Source: Auanema rhodensis
Taxonomy: Eukaryota; Animalia; Nematoda
Reading direction: 5' to 3'
DNA: 64,000 nucleotides
Assembly: GCA_964057225.1 (NCBI GenBank)
Contig: OZ059898.1
Coordinates: forward strand, 14,756,001-14,820,000
Below, piece after piece: positions 45,453-58,000 of this stretch. The translations under genes and the position numbers were made by a program. The notes beneath the pieces were generated by a model. The model had not been told where the DNA came from and made no database searches. It worked only from the letters and a program-made list of their open reading frames with translations. Numbering within the stretch: position 1 is the stretch's first letter; each line of letters opens with the position of its first letter.

Positions 45453-46055
45453 TTAGTCTTCTTCATAATACTGGTGTATCTCTGGTAATGGTGATGATCC
45501 TAGGTCGTGGAGAAGATCCATAGTCTTGTTGCATAAATCCGTTTTTCTTTCCATTTCTTCCTTGGTGGTTGCTGGTGATGCCAGAAATATTTGTAGAGCA
45601 TTTATAATGCTTTTTCTTGCCTCTGTGGATGGCAGTTCGCTGCAATGTTGCAGGCTCCATTCTTGATAGGCCGAATGGGTCTCGGCAATAATCCAGTTTG
45701 GTGTCTGCTGTTCTGGTGAATCGCAACTAGGTGAATAACCTAGTTGGTCCCTTAGTTCAGCAATGGCATCTCGGATGACACCTGCTGTGTTGGTCCATGG
45801 TCCTATGCAGTGGTCAACCTCCGACAGTCGATCCTTGTCGTATTGGTAACATAGGATTTTGAGCGTTTCAGTACTGGTGTTCGCTCTTGTTAGTCCTTGA
45901 ACTAACTCTTTCAGGATCTTCTCTTTCCTGGGGCGGTTGGCGATGGTATTGGCGCCTAGCTGCTTCAATTCTCTTAGTAATAGTTGAATTGAAAGCCATC
46001 TCTTTTTGGCCATCATGAGGGGAATTTCGACGGCTTCAGGAAGTTGGGTGGACAT
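45453..46055 (-). CDS. Hypothetical 200-aa helical protein (cargo of element 4)
   Basis: ATG in acaATG context; GC-richer island flanked by AT-rich non-coding DNA; amphipathic-helix patterning. Confidence 0.7.
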   Translation of the reverse strand: MSTQLPEAVEIPLMMAKKRWLSIQLLLRELKQLGANTIANRPRKEKILKELVQGLTRANTSTETLKILCYQYDKDRLSEVDHCIGPWTNTAGVIRDAIAELRDQLGYSPSCDSPEQQTPNWIIAETHSAYQEWSLQHCSELPSTEARKSIINALQIFLASPATTKEEMERKTDLCNKTMDLLHDLGSSPLPEIHQYYEED

Positions 46056-46424
46056 TGTTATCTTTGTTACTGTTTTCTGTCCTTTTATCCTTTTAAAACT
46101 AGGTCGGTCTGTTCCTTCCTTTTTGTCGCCTCCTTTTTGATCAGTTAGGTGAAAAAGTGATGAAGATTGGTAATTAAAACTTTGCAGTGATTTTTGAAAG
46201 ATTCCAAGTATGATGTATAATTTTATTTTGAAATTTTGGTTATTAATACAATATTTTCATGAGAGTGAAAAATACAAATGTACAATAATTTGTGTAGAAT
46301 TTTATGTCTTACTTAAATGAGAAAAAAAAAATATATATAGGTTCAAGTTTAGATGGAAATTATGAAAATTATGAAAATGGTATTATACTTTTTGTGATTT
46401 TTATATAGAAATTATGGATTTTTA

Positions 46425-46703
46425 CTATTGTTCTAGCTTCTTACTTGTAGTCCCAATAACTGTTGACGGTCTTTTCTTATGGATGACTGGTACTGTTGGT
46501 GCCACGAAGTTTGGGTCCGGGATCTGACTCTTCGAAACTCTCTTCTTCGGCTCTGTTACTGGTATGGTGCTGTGATACCTTATCGGCACATGATAAGGCT
46601 TTGCTGGCGTTGTAGGAGAATTATCTTCTAATCCCAATGCCAATTTAAGTGCTGAACTCCATTTCTTAATTGTGGGTGGCTCCTTCTTCCGTTCCTCATA
46701 CAA
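46425..46703 (-). CDS. Basic Pro/Lys-rich ORF, probably the continuation of 46724-47161
   Basis: No ATG (TTG start); frame overlaps the end of the upstream ORF; similar composition. Confidence 0.4.
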   Translation of the reverse strand: MYEERKKEPPTIKKWSSALKLALGLEDNSPTTPAKPYHVPIRYHSTIPVTEPKKRVSKSQIPDPNFVAPTVPVIHKKRPSTVIGTTSKKLEQ

Positions 46704-46723
46704 TTCTTTTCTTGCGTTTTCTT

Positions 46724-47161
46724 CTATTTTCTCTGATAGTTTGGTGAATTTCGAGGAAGAGGAGAAGAAAGAATAGCAGTATTTGGGTATGAAAATGATA
46801 TTTGAGAATAATCTTTACAAGGGGAAGTATTTGTGCTAACATAGCTAGAGCTTTTGATAACGTTAGAATTGCGTTTAGGAGTTTGTTTGTTAATAGACGT
46901 TTTAATTTTACTAAGAGTAATAGCGTGGCGAGAAGTTTTGATAGCTGTTGTGCCTATTTTTTTCGCGGGGGTACCCGGTATAGCGGGTGGTTTCTTTGCA
47001 GCAGTAGGTCGGCGCTTCGTGTCCGGCTCATAAACATTTGGAGGTCCTCTCTTTCTTTGATTCTGCTCGAGTACTGGCTCGACGTGCGTATCATTACGGG
47101 GGGCTGCGCTCTGTGGATTTGTTTTATCCTGCGGAGGATTTTTACTCTTCGAGTCCGTCAT
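46724..47161 (-). CDS. Basic, disordered 145-aa hypothetical protein
   Basis: ATG 13 nt after a TTTCCAG acceptor-like site; K/P/T/S-rich with NLS-like RKR and KRR. Confidence 0.5.
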   Translation of the reverse strand: MTDSKSKNPPQDKTNPQSAAPRNDTHVEPVLEQNQRKRGPPNVYEPDTKRRPTAAKKPPAIPGTPAKKIGTTAIKTSRHAITLSKIKTSINKQTPKRNSNVIKSSSYVSTNTSPCKDYSQISFSYPNTAILSSPLPRNSPNYQRK

Positions 47162-47937
47162 CTTGTTGGTTTTCCTGGAAAGGAAATTATTATACCAACG
47201 ATGCGAATCTTATAAAAATATATATACAACGTGAGAGGCAATATGGGGTTGTATGCGTGACGCTTGCTAGGGGGCCAGCCTGCAGCGAATCTTCTAACGG
47301 AGAATTGCTCAATCGGGTACATACACGGGCCTGTGACCGGTGCGCCCTTTCTAGGATCAAGTTCCCATCTCTCGAATAGGCGTGAAATATACGACGGTGA
47401 TCTAAGCAGTATTCCCTTTCAGTCTTTCGACAAGATTAGGTGCTCAGGCCTCGTACATTCACTTTCCCAGACTTCTCTTGCCTATGAAAAATCACAGAAA
47501 TCGCTCCCTTAACGAAATTCTGCTCCCCTGATTTTTCATGGTGAGACCACTCTAACACTTTCATTCTCGACTAATTCTGTCGTAATTTTCAAATTTGCAA
47601 AAATAGGACCAAAAAGGGATCTTCAAAATCAGGAATGCGTACGTCTTATATCAAAAATAGTGGTTGCCTCCGCTCAGTTCTCGAGACAGTCTGGTATTGC
47701 TTCTCACGGGCTACTTTTAGGATCAAAATGCAAAATTGTAAATCTTAGGTTCGGGATTCAGATAAAAAATTTCAAAATTATTTGGCTGTTTTCTGGGTTA
47801 TATTAGGAAGAAGAGAAAAAATAATAGTAATAAGAGAGGGAAAAAGATAAAATTTAAAAGAAGATAAAAGAAAAATAAAATAGGAATATAGTAGGAATAT
47901 AGTAGGAATATAGGACTAGTATAGAATAGTTTTGTAC

Positions 47938-47941
<4 letters not shown>

Positions 47942-47992
<51 letters not shown>
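47942..47992. repeat. (TA)n microsatellite, about 25 units, in the element 4 leader
   Basis: Direct reading. Confidence 0.95.
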
Positions 47993-47995
<3 letters not shown>

Positions 47996-48588
47996 GAGTA
48001 ATACATTTTAAAGGATAGAATAGAAATTAATGAATTTTAATATATATAAAACAATGAATTTTGTGATGATTCATAAAAGAAATTAATTCATTTTTGATTC
48101 AAAAATTGTTTGAAACTTTATAACAAAAATTTATAAGAGATAGAATAGATTTTGATTAAAAAAACAGAAAAAGAAAAGATTGACAGAAAAAAAAATATCG
48201 AAATACCTTTCTTTAAATGAATAAATATAAAAGAATTTCAAATTAATTTATGATAGTTATAAACAAAGTTTTTCCTCAAAAATGAATGAAAGATCTTAGA
48301 ATATGGATAAAAATCGAAATGTTTCTTTTAAATGAATGAATATAAAATTTCAAAATTAAGTTGTTTCAAAATATATTATTTTAAATAAATGTATATAAGA
48401 TTTCAGTATTAATTTATGAATCAAAATCAAAATAAAGTTCTTTGAATGAATGAAATAAAGAAGAGAAAGATTTCAAATTAAATTCATATAGCATAATCGA
48501 AATACAATTCTTTAATTAGATGTATGAAAGACAACAAAATTAAATTTATGTAGCGAAATATGGTTCTTAGAGATTCGTCGGTTATAGA

Positions 48589-48609
48589 CGAATCTCGGTG
48601 GAACCTCCA
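48589..48609 (-). promoter_or_regulatory. Long tRNA-Gln PBS of element 4
   Basis: Plus strand CGAATCTCGGTGGAACCTCCA corresponds to the tRNA-Gln 3' end including CCA. Confidence 0.9.
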
Positions 48610-49022
48610 CGTTCCATGGTGGTTCCCCAAGGTTCCGGCTGGGTAACCACATGGAATTACTTTCTTTTCTTCCAAATATAAATGATAAAGAGCATAGAGA
48701 GAAAGGTTTATTTATGATAAAGTATACAAATTACAATAATAAAAGTTACATAATGATTCCTAGTCGCAGCCCAAAGGACTCGTAAGGAAACCTTATATAG
48801 TATTCCTTACGAGCATAAAAAGTGGTTATATCAGGTCCGCGGAACTTGGTTCCGCTTGAATTGGGCTTTCTTTAATTAAACTTAATATGAAAAAATGTTC
48901 GTTCATTGTTGCATTGAATTCCTGTTTCTCAAATGTAGCGTCAGCTATTTGTTTTTATAATGTTCCGTTTTATAAGCGATTGACGTTGTCAATCGCTCTA
49001 CTTATAGGACACGTATGGAACA
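48610..49022 (-). repeat. 5' LTR of element 4
   Basis: 413 bp, adjacent to the PBS. Confidence 0.95.
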
Positions 49023-52000
49023 AAGATGCCAACAAAATATGGAAATTGAGAAGAGAAGATGCCAAAAGATGGCTTCCCATGCCGGGAATCGAACCCGGGC
49101 CGCGTGGGTGAAAACCACGAATCCTAACCACTAGACCACATGGGACACGTTAACTGTTCTTATGATACTACTTCTTCTATCATTTACCTCGAGGAAGTGA
49201 GTAAGCAACAAGGGAAGTAACAATGATGAATTGGTCCCGTATTAACTTCTGACAAAGAGATTAAAAGCAGAAAACAGATTTAGAAGAGAGTTGATTTCAA
49301 AATATGGAAATTCAGAAGAGAAGATGCCAAAAGATGGCTTCCCATGCCGGGAATCGAACCCGGGCCGCGTGGGTGAAAACCACGAATCCTAACCACTAGA
49401 CCACATGGGACACGTTAACTGTTCTTATGATACTACTTCTTCTATCATTTACCTCGAGGAAGTGAGTAAGCAACAAGGGAAGTAACAACGATGAATCGGC
49501 CCCGTATTAACTTCTAACAAAACGATTAAATGCAGAAAAGAGATTTAGAAGAGAGCTGAATTCAAAATATGGAAATTGAGAAGAGAAGATGCCAACAAAA
49601 TATGGAAATTGAGAAGAGAAGATGCCAAAAGATGGCTTCCCATGCCGGGAATCGAACCCGGGCCGCGTGGGTGAAAACCACGAATCCTAACCACTAGACC
49701 ACATGGGACACGTTAACTGTTCTTATGATACTACTTCTTCTATCATTTACCTCGAGGAAGTGAGTAAGCAAGAAGGGAAGTAACAATGATGAATTGGTCC
49801 CGTATTAACTTCTAACAAAACGATTAAATGCAGAAAAGAGATTTAGAAGAGACCTGAATTCAAAATATGGAAATTCAGAAGAGAAGATGCCAAAAGATGG
49901 CTTCCCATGCCGGGAATCGAACCCGGGCCGCGTGGGTGAAAACCACGAATCCTAACCACTAGACCACATGGGACACGTTAACTGTTCTTATGATACTACT
50001 TCTTCTATCATTTACCTCGAGGAAGTGAGTAAGCAACAAGGGAAGTAACAATGATGAATTGGTCCCGTATTAACTTCTGACAAAGAGATTAAATGCAGAA
50101 AAGAGATTTAGAAGAGAGCTGAATTCAAAATATGGAAATTCAGAAGAGAAGATGCCAAAAGATGGCTTCCCATGCCGGGAATCGAACCCGGGCCGCGTGG
50201 GTGAAAACCACGAATCCTAACCACTAGACCACATGGGACACGTTAACTGTTCTTATGATACTACTTCTTCTATCATTTACCTCGAGGAAGTGAGTAAGCA
50301 AGAAGGGAAGTAACAATGATGAATTGGTCCCGTATTAACTTCTAACAAAAAGATTAAATGCAGAAAAGAGATTTAGAAGAGAGCTGAATTCAAAATATGG
50401 AAATTCAGAAGAGAAGATGCCAAAAGATGGCTTCCCATGCCGGGAATCGAACCCGGGCCGCGTGGGTGAAAACCACGAATCCTAACCACTAGACCACATG
50501 GGACACGTTAACTGTTCTTATGATACTACTTCTTCTATCATTTACCTCGAGGAAGTGAGTAAGCAACAAGTGAAGTAACAACGATGAATCGGCCCCGTAT
50601 TAACTTCTAACAAAAAGATTAAATGCAGAAAAGAGATTTAGAAGAGAGCTGAATTCAAAATATGAAAATTCAAAAGAGAAGATGCCAAAAGATGGCTTCC
50701 CATGCCGGGAATCGAACCCGGGCCGCGTGGGTGAAAACCACGAATCCTAACCACTAGACCACATGGGACACGTTAACTGTTCTTATGATACTACTTCTTC
50801 TATCATTTACCTCGAGGAAGTGAGTAAGCAACAAGGGAAGTAACAACGATGAATCGGCCCCGTATTAACTTCTAACAAAACGATTAAATGCAGAAAAGAG
50901 ATTTAGAAGAGAGCTGAATTCAAAATATGGAAATTCAGAAGAGAAGATGCCAAAAGATGGCTTCCCATGCCGGGAATCGAACCCGGGCCGCGTGGGTGAA
51001 AACCACGAATCCTAACCACTAGACCACATGGGACACGTTAACTGTTCTTATGATACTACTTCTTCTATCATTTACCTCGAGGAAGTGAGTAAGCAACAAG
51101 GGAAGTAACAACGATGAATCGGCCCCGTATTAACTTCTAACAAAACGATTAAATGCAGAAAAGAGATTTAGAAGAGAGCTGAATTCAAAATATGGAAATT
51201 CAGAAGAGAAGATGCCAAAAGATGGCTTCCCATGCCGGGAATCGAACCCGGGCCGCGTGGGTGAAAACCACGAATCCTAACCACTAGACCACATGGGACA
51301 CGTTAACTGTTCTTATGATACTACTTCTTCTATCATTTACCTCGAGGAAGTGAGTAAGCAACAAGGGAAGTAACAACGATGAATCGGCCCCGTATTAACT
51401 TCTAACAAAACGATTAAAAGCAGAAAAGAGATTTAGAAGAGAGCTGATTTCAAAATATGGAAATTCAGAAGAGAAGATGCCAAAAGATGGCTTCCCATGC
51501 CGGGAATCGAACCCGGGCCGCGTGGGTGAAAACCACGAATCCTAACCACTAGACCACATGGGACACGTTAACTGTTCTTATGATACTACTTCTTCTATCA
51601 TTTACCTCGAGGAAGTGAGTAAGCAACAAGGGAAGTAACAACGATGAATCGGCCCCGTATTAACTTCTAACAAAACGATTAAATGCAGAAAAGAGATTTA
51701 GAAGAGAGCTGAATTCAAAATATGGAAATTCAGAAGAGAAGATGCCAAAAGATGGCTTCCCATGCCGGGAATCGAACCCGGGCCGCGTGGGTGAAAACCA
51801 CGAATCCTAACCACTAGACCACATGGGACACGTTAACTGTTCTTATGATACTACTTCTTCTATCATTTACCTCGAGGAAGTGAGTAAGCAACAAGGGAAG
51901 TAACAATGATGAATTGGTCCCGTATTAACTTCTAACAAAAAGATTAAATGCAGAAAAGAGATTTAGAAGAGAGCTGAATTCAAAATATGGAAATTCAGAA

Positions 52001-55000
52001 GAGAAGATGCCAAAAGATGGCTTCCCATGCCGGGAATCGAACCCGGGCCGCGTGGGTGAAAACCACGAATCCTAACCACTAGACCACATGGGACACGTTA
52101 ACTGTTCTTATGATACTACTTCTTCTATCATTTACCTCGAGGAAGTGAGTAAGCAACAAGGGAAGTAACAACGATGAATCGGCCCCGTATTAACTTCTAA
52201 CAAAACGATTAAATGCAGAAAAGAGATTTAGAAGAGAGCTGAATTCAAAATATGGAAATTCAGAAGAGAAGATGCCAAAAGATGGCTTCCCATGCCGGGA
52301 ATCGAACCCGGGCCGCGTGGGTGAAAACCACGAATCCTAACCACTAGACCACATGGGACACGTTAACTGTTCTTATGATACTACTTCTTCTATCATTTAC
52401 CTCGAGGAAGTGAGTAAGCAACAAGTGAAGTAACAACGATGAATCGGCCCCGTATTAACTTCTAACAAAAAGATTAAATGCAGAAAAGAGATTTAGAAGA
52501 GAGCTGAATTCAAAATATGAAAATTCAAAAGAGAAGATGCCAAAAGATGGCTTCCCATGCCGGGAATCGAACCCGGGCCGCGTGGGTGAAAACCACGAAT
52601 CCTAACCACTAGACCACATGGGACACGTTAACTGTTCTTATGATACTACTTCTTCTATCATTTACCTCGAGGAAGTGAGTAAGCAACAAGGGAAGTAACA
52701 ACGATGAATCGGCCCCGTATTAACTTCTAACAAAACGATTAAATGCAGAAAAGAGATTTAGAAGAGAGCTGAATTCAAAATATGGAAATTCAGAAGAGAA
52801 GATGCCAAAAGATGGCTTCCCATGCCGGGAATCGAACCCGGGCCGCGTGGGTGAAAACCACGAATCCTAACCACTAGACCACATGGGACACGTTAACTGT
52901 TCTTATGATACTACTTCTTCTATCATTTACCTCGAGGAAGTGAGTAAGCAACAAGGGAAGTAACAACGATGAATCGGCCCCGTATTAACTTCTAACAAAA
53001 CGATTAAATGCAGAAAAGAGATTTAGAAGAGAGCTGAATTCAAAATATGGAAATTCAGAAGAGAAGATGCCAAAAGATGGCTTCCCATGCCGGGAATCGA
53101 ACCCGGGCCGCGTGGGTGAAAACCACGAATCCTAACCACTAGACCACATGGGACACGTTAACTGTTCTTATGATACTACTTCTTCTATCATTTACCTCGA
53201 GGAAGTGAGTAAGCAAGAAGGGAAGTAACAATGATGAATTGGTCCCGTATTAACTTCTAACAAAAAGATTAAATGCAGAAAAGAGATTTAGAAGAGAGCT
53301 GATTTCAAAATATGGAAATTCAGAAGAGAAGATGCCAAAAGATGGCTTCCCATGCCGGGAATCGAACCCGGGCCGCGTGGGTGAAAACCACGAATCCTAA
53401 CCACTAGACCACATGGGACACGTTAACTGTTCTTATGATACTACTTCTTCTATCATTTACCTCGAGGAAGTGAGTAAGCAACAAGGGAAGTAACAACGAT
53501 GAATCGGCCCCGTATTAACTTCTAACAAAACGATTAAATGCAGAAAAGAGATTTAGAAGAGAGCTGAATTCAAAATATGGAAATTCAGAAGAGAAGATGC
53601 CAAAAGATGGCTTCCCATGCCGGGAATCGAACCCGGGCCGCGTGGGTGAAAACCACGAATCCTAACCACTAGACCACATGGGACACGTTAACTGTTCTTA
53701 TGATACTACTTCTTCTATCATTTACCTCGAGGAAGTGAGTAAGCAACAAGGGAAGTAACAACGATGAATCGGCCCCGTATTAACTTCTAACAAAACGATT
53801 AAAAGCAGAAAAGAGATTTAGAAGAGAGCTGAATTCAAAATATGAAAATTCAGAAGAGAAGATGCCAAAAGATGGCTTCCCATGCCGGGAATCGAACCCG
53901 GGCCGCGTGGGTGAAAACCACGAATCCTAACCACTAGACCACATGGGACACGTTAACTGTTCTTATGATACTACTTCTTCTATCATTTACCTCGAGGAAG
54001 TGAGTAAGCAACAAGGGAAGTAACAACGATGAATCGGCCCCGTATTAACTTCTAACAAAACGATTAAAAGCAGAAAACAGATTTAGAAGAGAGTTGATTT
54101 CAAAATATGGAAATTCAGAAGAGAAGATGCCAAAAGATGGCTTCCCATGCCGGGAATCGAACCCGGGCCGCGTGGGTGAAAACCACGAATCCTAACCACT
54201 AGACCACATGGGACACGTTAACTGTTCTTATGATACTACTTCTTCTATCATTTACCTCGAGGAAGTGAGTAAGCAACAAGGGAAGTAACAACGATGAATC
54301 GGCCCCGTATTAACTTCTAACAAAACGATTAAATGCAGAAAAGAGATTTAGAAGAGAGCTGAATTCAAAATATGGAAATTGAGAAGAGAAGATGCCAACA
54401 AAATATGGAAATTGAGAAGAGAAGATGCCAAAAGATGGCTTCCCATGCCGGGAATCGAACCCGGGCCGCGTGGGTGAAAACCACGAATCCTAACCACTAG
54501 ACCACATGGGACACGTTAACTGTTCTTATGATACTACTTCTTCTATCATTTACCTCGAGGAAGTGAGTAAGCAAGAAGGGAAGTAACAATGATGAATTGG
54601 TCCCGTATTAACTTCTAACAAAACGATTAAATGCAGAAAAGAGATTTAGAAGAGACCTGAATTCAAAATATGGAAATTCAGAAGAGAAGATGCCAAAAGA
54701 TGGCTTCCCATGCCGGGAATCGAACCCGGGCCGCGTGGGTGAAAACCACGAATCCTAACCACTAGACCACATGGGACACGTTAACTGTTCTTATGATACT
54801 ACTTCTTCTATCATTTACCTCGAGGAAGTGAGTAAGCAACAAGGGAAGTAACAATGATGAATTGGTCCCGTATTAACTTCTGACAAAGAGATTAAATGCA
54901 GAAAAGAGATTTAGAAGAGAGCTGAATTCAAAATATGGAAATTCAGAAGAGAAGATGCCAAAAGATGGCTTCCCATGCCGGGAATCGAACCCGGGCCGCG

Positions 55001-58000
55001 TGGGTGAAAACCACGAATCCTAACCACTAGACCACATGGGACACGTTAACTGTTCTTATGATACTACTTCTTCTATCATTTACCTCGAGGAAGTGAGTAA
55101 GCAAGAAGGGAAGTAACAATGATGAATTGGTCCCGTATTAACTTCTAACAAAAAGATTAAATGCAGAAAAGAGATTTAGAAGAGAGCTGAATTCAAAATA
55201 TGGAAATTCAGAAGAGAAGATGCCAAAAGATGGCTTCCCATGCCGGGAATCGAACCCGGGCCGCGTGGGTGAAAACCACGAATCCTAACCACTAGACCAC
55301 ATGGGACACGTTAACTGTTCTTATGATACTACTTCTTCTATCATTTACCTCGAGGAAGTGAGTAAGCAACAAGGGAAGTAACAACGATGAATCGGCCCCG
55401 TATTAACTTCTAACAAAACGGTTAAAAGCAGAAAAGAGATTTAGAAGAGAGCTGATTTCAAAATATGAAAATTCAAAAGAGAAGATGCCAAAAGATGGCT
55501 TCCCATGCCGGGAATCGAACCCGGGCCGCGTGGGTGAAAACCACGAATCCTAACCACTAGACCACATGGGACACGTTAACTGTTCTTATGATACTACTTC
55601 TTCTATCATTTACCTCGAGGAAGTGAGTAAGCAACAAGGGAAGTAACAACGATGAATCGGCCCCGTATTAACTTCTAACAAAAAGATTAAATGCAGAAAA
55701 GAGATTTAGAAGAGAGCTGAATTCAAAATATGGAAATTCAGAAGAGAAGATGCCAAAAGATGGCTTCCCATGCCGGGAATCGAACCCGGGCCGCGTGGGT
55801 GAAAACCACGAATCCTAACCACTAGACCACATGGGACACGTTAACTGTTCTTATGATACTACTTCTTCTATCATTTACCTCGAGGAAGTGAGTAAGCAAC
55901 AAGGGAAGTAACAACGATGAATCGGCCCCGTATTAACTTCTAACAAAAAGATTAAATGCAGAAAAGAGATTTAGAAGAGAGCTGAATTCAAAATATGGAA
56001 ATTCAGAAGAGAAGATGCCAAAAGATGGCTTCCCATGCCTGGAATCGAACCCGGGCCGCGTGGGTGAAAACCACGAATCCTAACCACTAGACCACATGGG
56101 ACACGTTTACTGTTCTTATGATACTACTTCTTCTATCATTTATCTCGAGGAAGTGAGTAAGCAACAAGGGAAGTAACAACGATGAATCGGCCCCGTATTA
56201 TCTTCTAACAAAACGATTAAATGCAGAAAAGAGATTTAGAAGAGAGCTGAATTCAAAATATGGAAATTCAGAAGAGAAGATGCCAAAAGATGGCTTCCCA
56301 TGCCGGGAATCGAACCCGGGCCGCGTGGGTGAAAACCACGAATCCTAACCACTAGACCACATGGGACACGTTTACTGTTCTTATGATACTACTTCTTCTA
56401 TCATTTATCTCGAGGAAGTGAGTAAGCAACAAGGGAAGTAACAACGATGAATCGGCCCCGTATTATCTTCTAATAAAACGATTAAATGCAGAAAAGAGAT
56501 TTAGAAGAGAGCTGAATTCAAAATATGGAAATTCAGAAGAGAAGATGCCAAAAGATGGCTTCCCATGCCGGGAATCGAACCCGGGCCGCGTGGGTGAAAA
56601 CCACGAATCCTAACCACTAGACCACATGGGACACGTTAACTGTTCTTATGATACTACTTCTTCTATCATTTACCTCGAGGAAGTGAGTAAGCAAGAAGGG
56701 AAGTAACAACGATGAATCGGCCCCGTATTAACTTCTAACAAAACGATTAAATGCAGAAAAGAGATTTAGAAGAGAGCTGAATTCAAAATATGGAAATTGA
56801 GAAGAGAAGATGCCAACAAAATATGGAAATTGAGAAGAGAAGATGCCAAAAGATGGCTTCCCATGCCGGGAATCGAACCCGGGCCGCGTGGGTGAAAACC
56901 ACGAATCCTAACCACTAGACCACATGGGACACGTTAACTGTTCTTATGATACTACTTCTTCTATCATTTACCTCGAGGAAGTGAGTAAGCAAGAAGGGAA
57001 GTAACAATGATGAATTGGTCCCGTATTAACTTCTAACAAAACGATTAAATGCAGAAAAGAGATTTAGAAGAGAGCTGAATTCAAAATATGGAAATTCAGA
57101 AGAGAAGATGCCAAAAGATGGCTTCCCATGCCGGGAATCGAACCCGGGCCGCGTGGGTGAAAACCGCGAATCCTAACCACTAGACCACATGGGACACGTT
57201 AACTGTTCTTATGATACTACTTCTTCTATCATTTACCTCGAGGAAGTGAGTAAGCAAGAAGGGAAGTAACAATGATGAATTGGTCCCGTATTAACTTCTA
57301 ACAAAAAGATTAAATGCAGAAAAGAGATTTAGAAGAGAGCTGAATTCAAAATATGGAAATTCAGAAGAGAAGATGCCAAAAGATGGCTTCCCATGCCGGG
57401 AATCGAACCCGGGCCGCGTGGGTGAAAACCACGAATCCTAACCACTAGACCACATGGGACACGTTAACTGTTCTTATGATACTACTTCTTCTATCATTTA
57501 CCTCGAGGAAGTGAGTAAGCAACAAGGGAAGTAACAACGATGAATCGGCCCCGTATTAACTTCTAACAAAACGGTTAAAAGCAGAAAAGAGATTTAGAAG
57601 AGAGCTGAATTCAAAATATGAAAATTCAAAAGAGAAGATGCCAAAAGATGGCTTCCCATGCCGGGAATCGAACCCGGGCCGCGTGGGTGAAAACCACGAA
57701 TCCTAACCACTAGACCACATGGGACACGTTAACTGTTCTTATGATACTACTTCTTCTATCATTTACCTCGAGGAAGTGAGTAAGCAACAAGGGAAGTAAC
57801 AACGATGAATCGGCCCCGTATTAACTTCTAACAAAAAGATTAAATGCAGAAAAGAGATTTAGAAGAGAGCTGAATTCAAAATATGGAAATTCAGAAGAGA
57901 AGATGCCAAAAGATGGCTTCCCATGCCGGGAATCGAACCCGGGCCGCGTGGGTGAAAACCACGAATCCTAACCACTAGACCACATGGGACACGTTAACTG

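Larger units (their letters stand above)
44838..49022 (-). mobile_element. Element 4: 4.2-kb non-autonomous LTR element without recognisable gag or pol, carrying orphan ORFs
   Basis: 413-bp LTRs (2 mismatches seen), TSD AAGA (44834-44837 and 49023-49026), tRNA-Gln PBS, minus-strand termini TGTTCC...GGAACG. Confidence 0.93.

Noticed and set aside
20489-48609. Idea that the elements prime on the array's own tRNA-Glu
   Set aside because: The PBSs match tRNA-Gln (elements 1, 3, 4) and tRNA-Gly (BEL), not the TGGTTCCCATG expected for this tRNA-Glu
44811-49065. Apparent long (about 33-37 bp) target-site duplication around element 4
   Set aside because: The same 33-bp spacer duplication occurs without any element at about 49563, 54366 and 56784; the true TSD is AAGA
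20868-49074. Ty3-like fixed-position integration at tRNA start sites
   Set aside because: The four insertion sites fall at four different unit positions, one of them inside the tRNA
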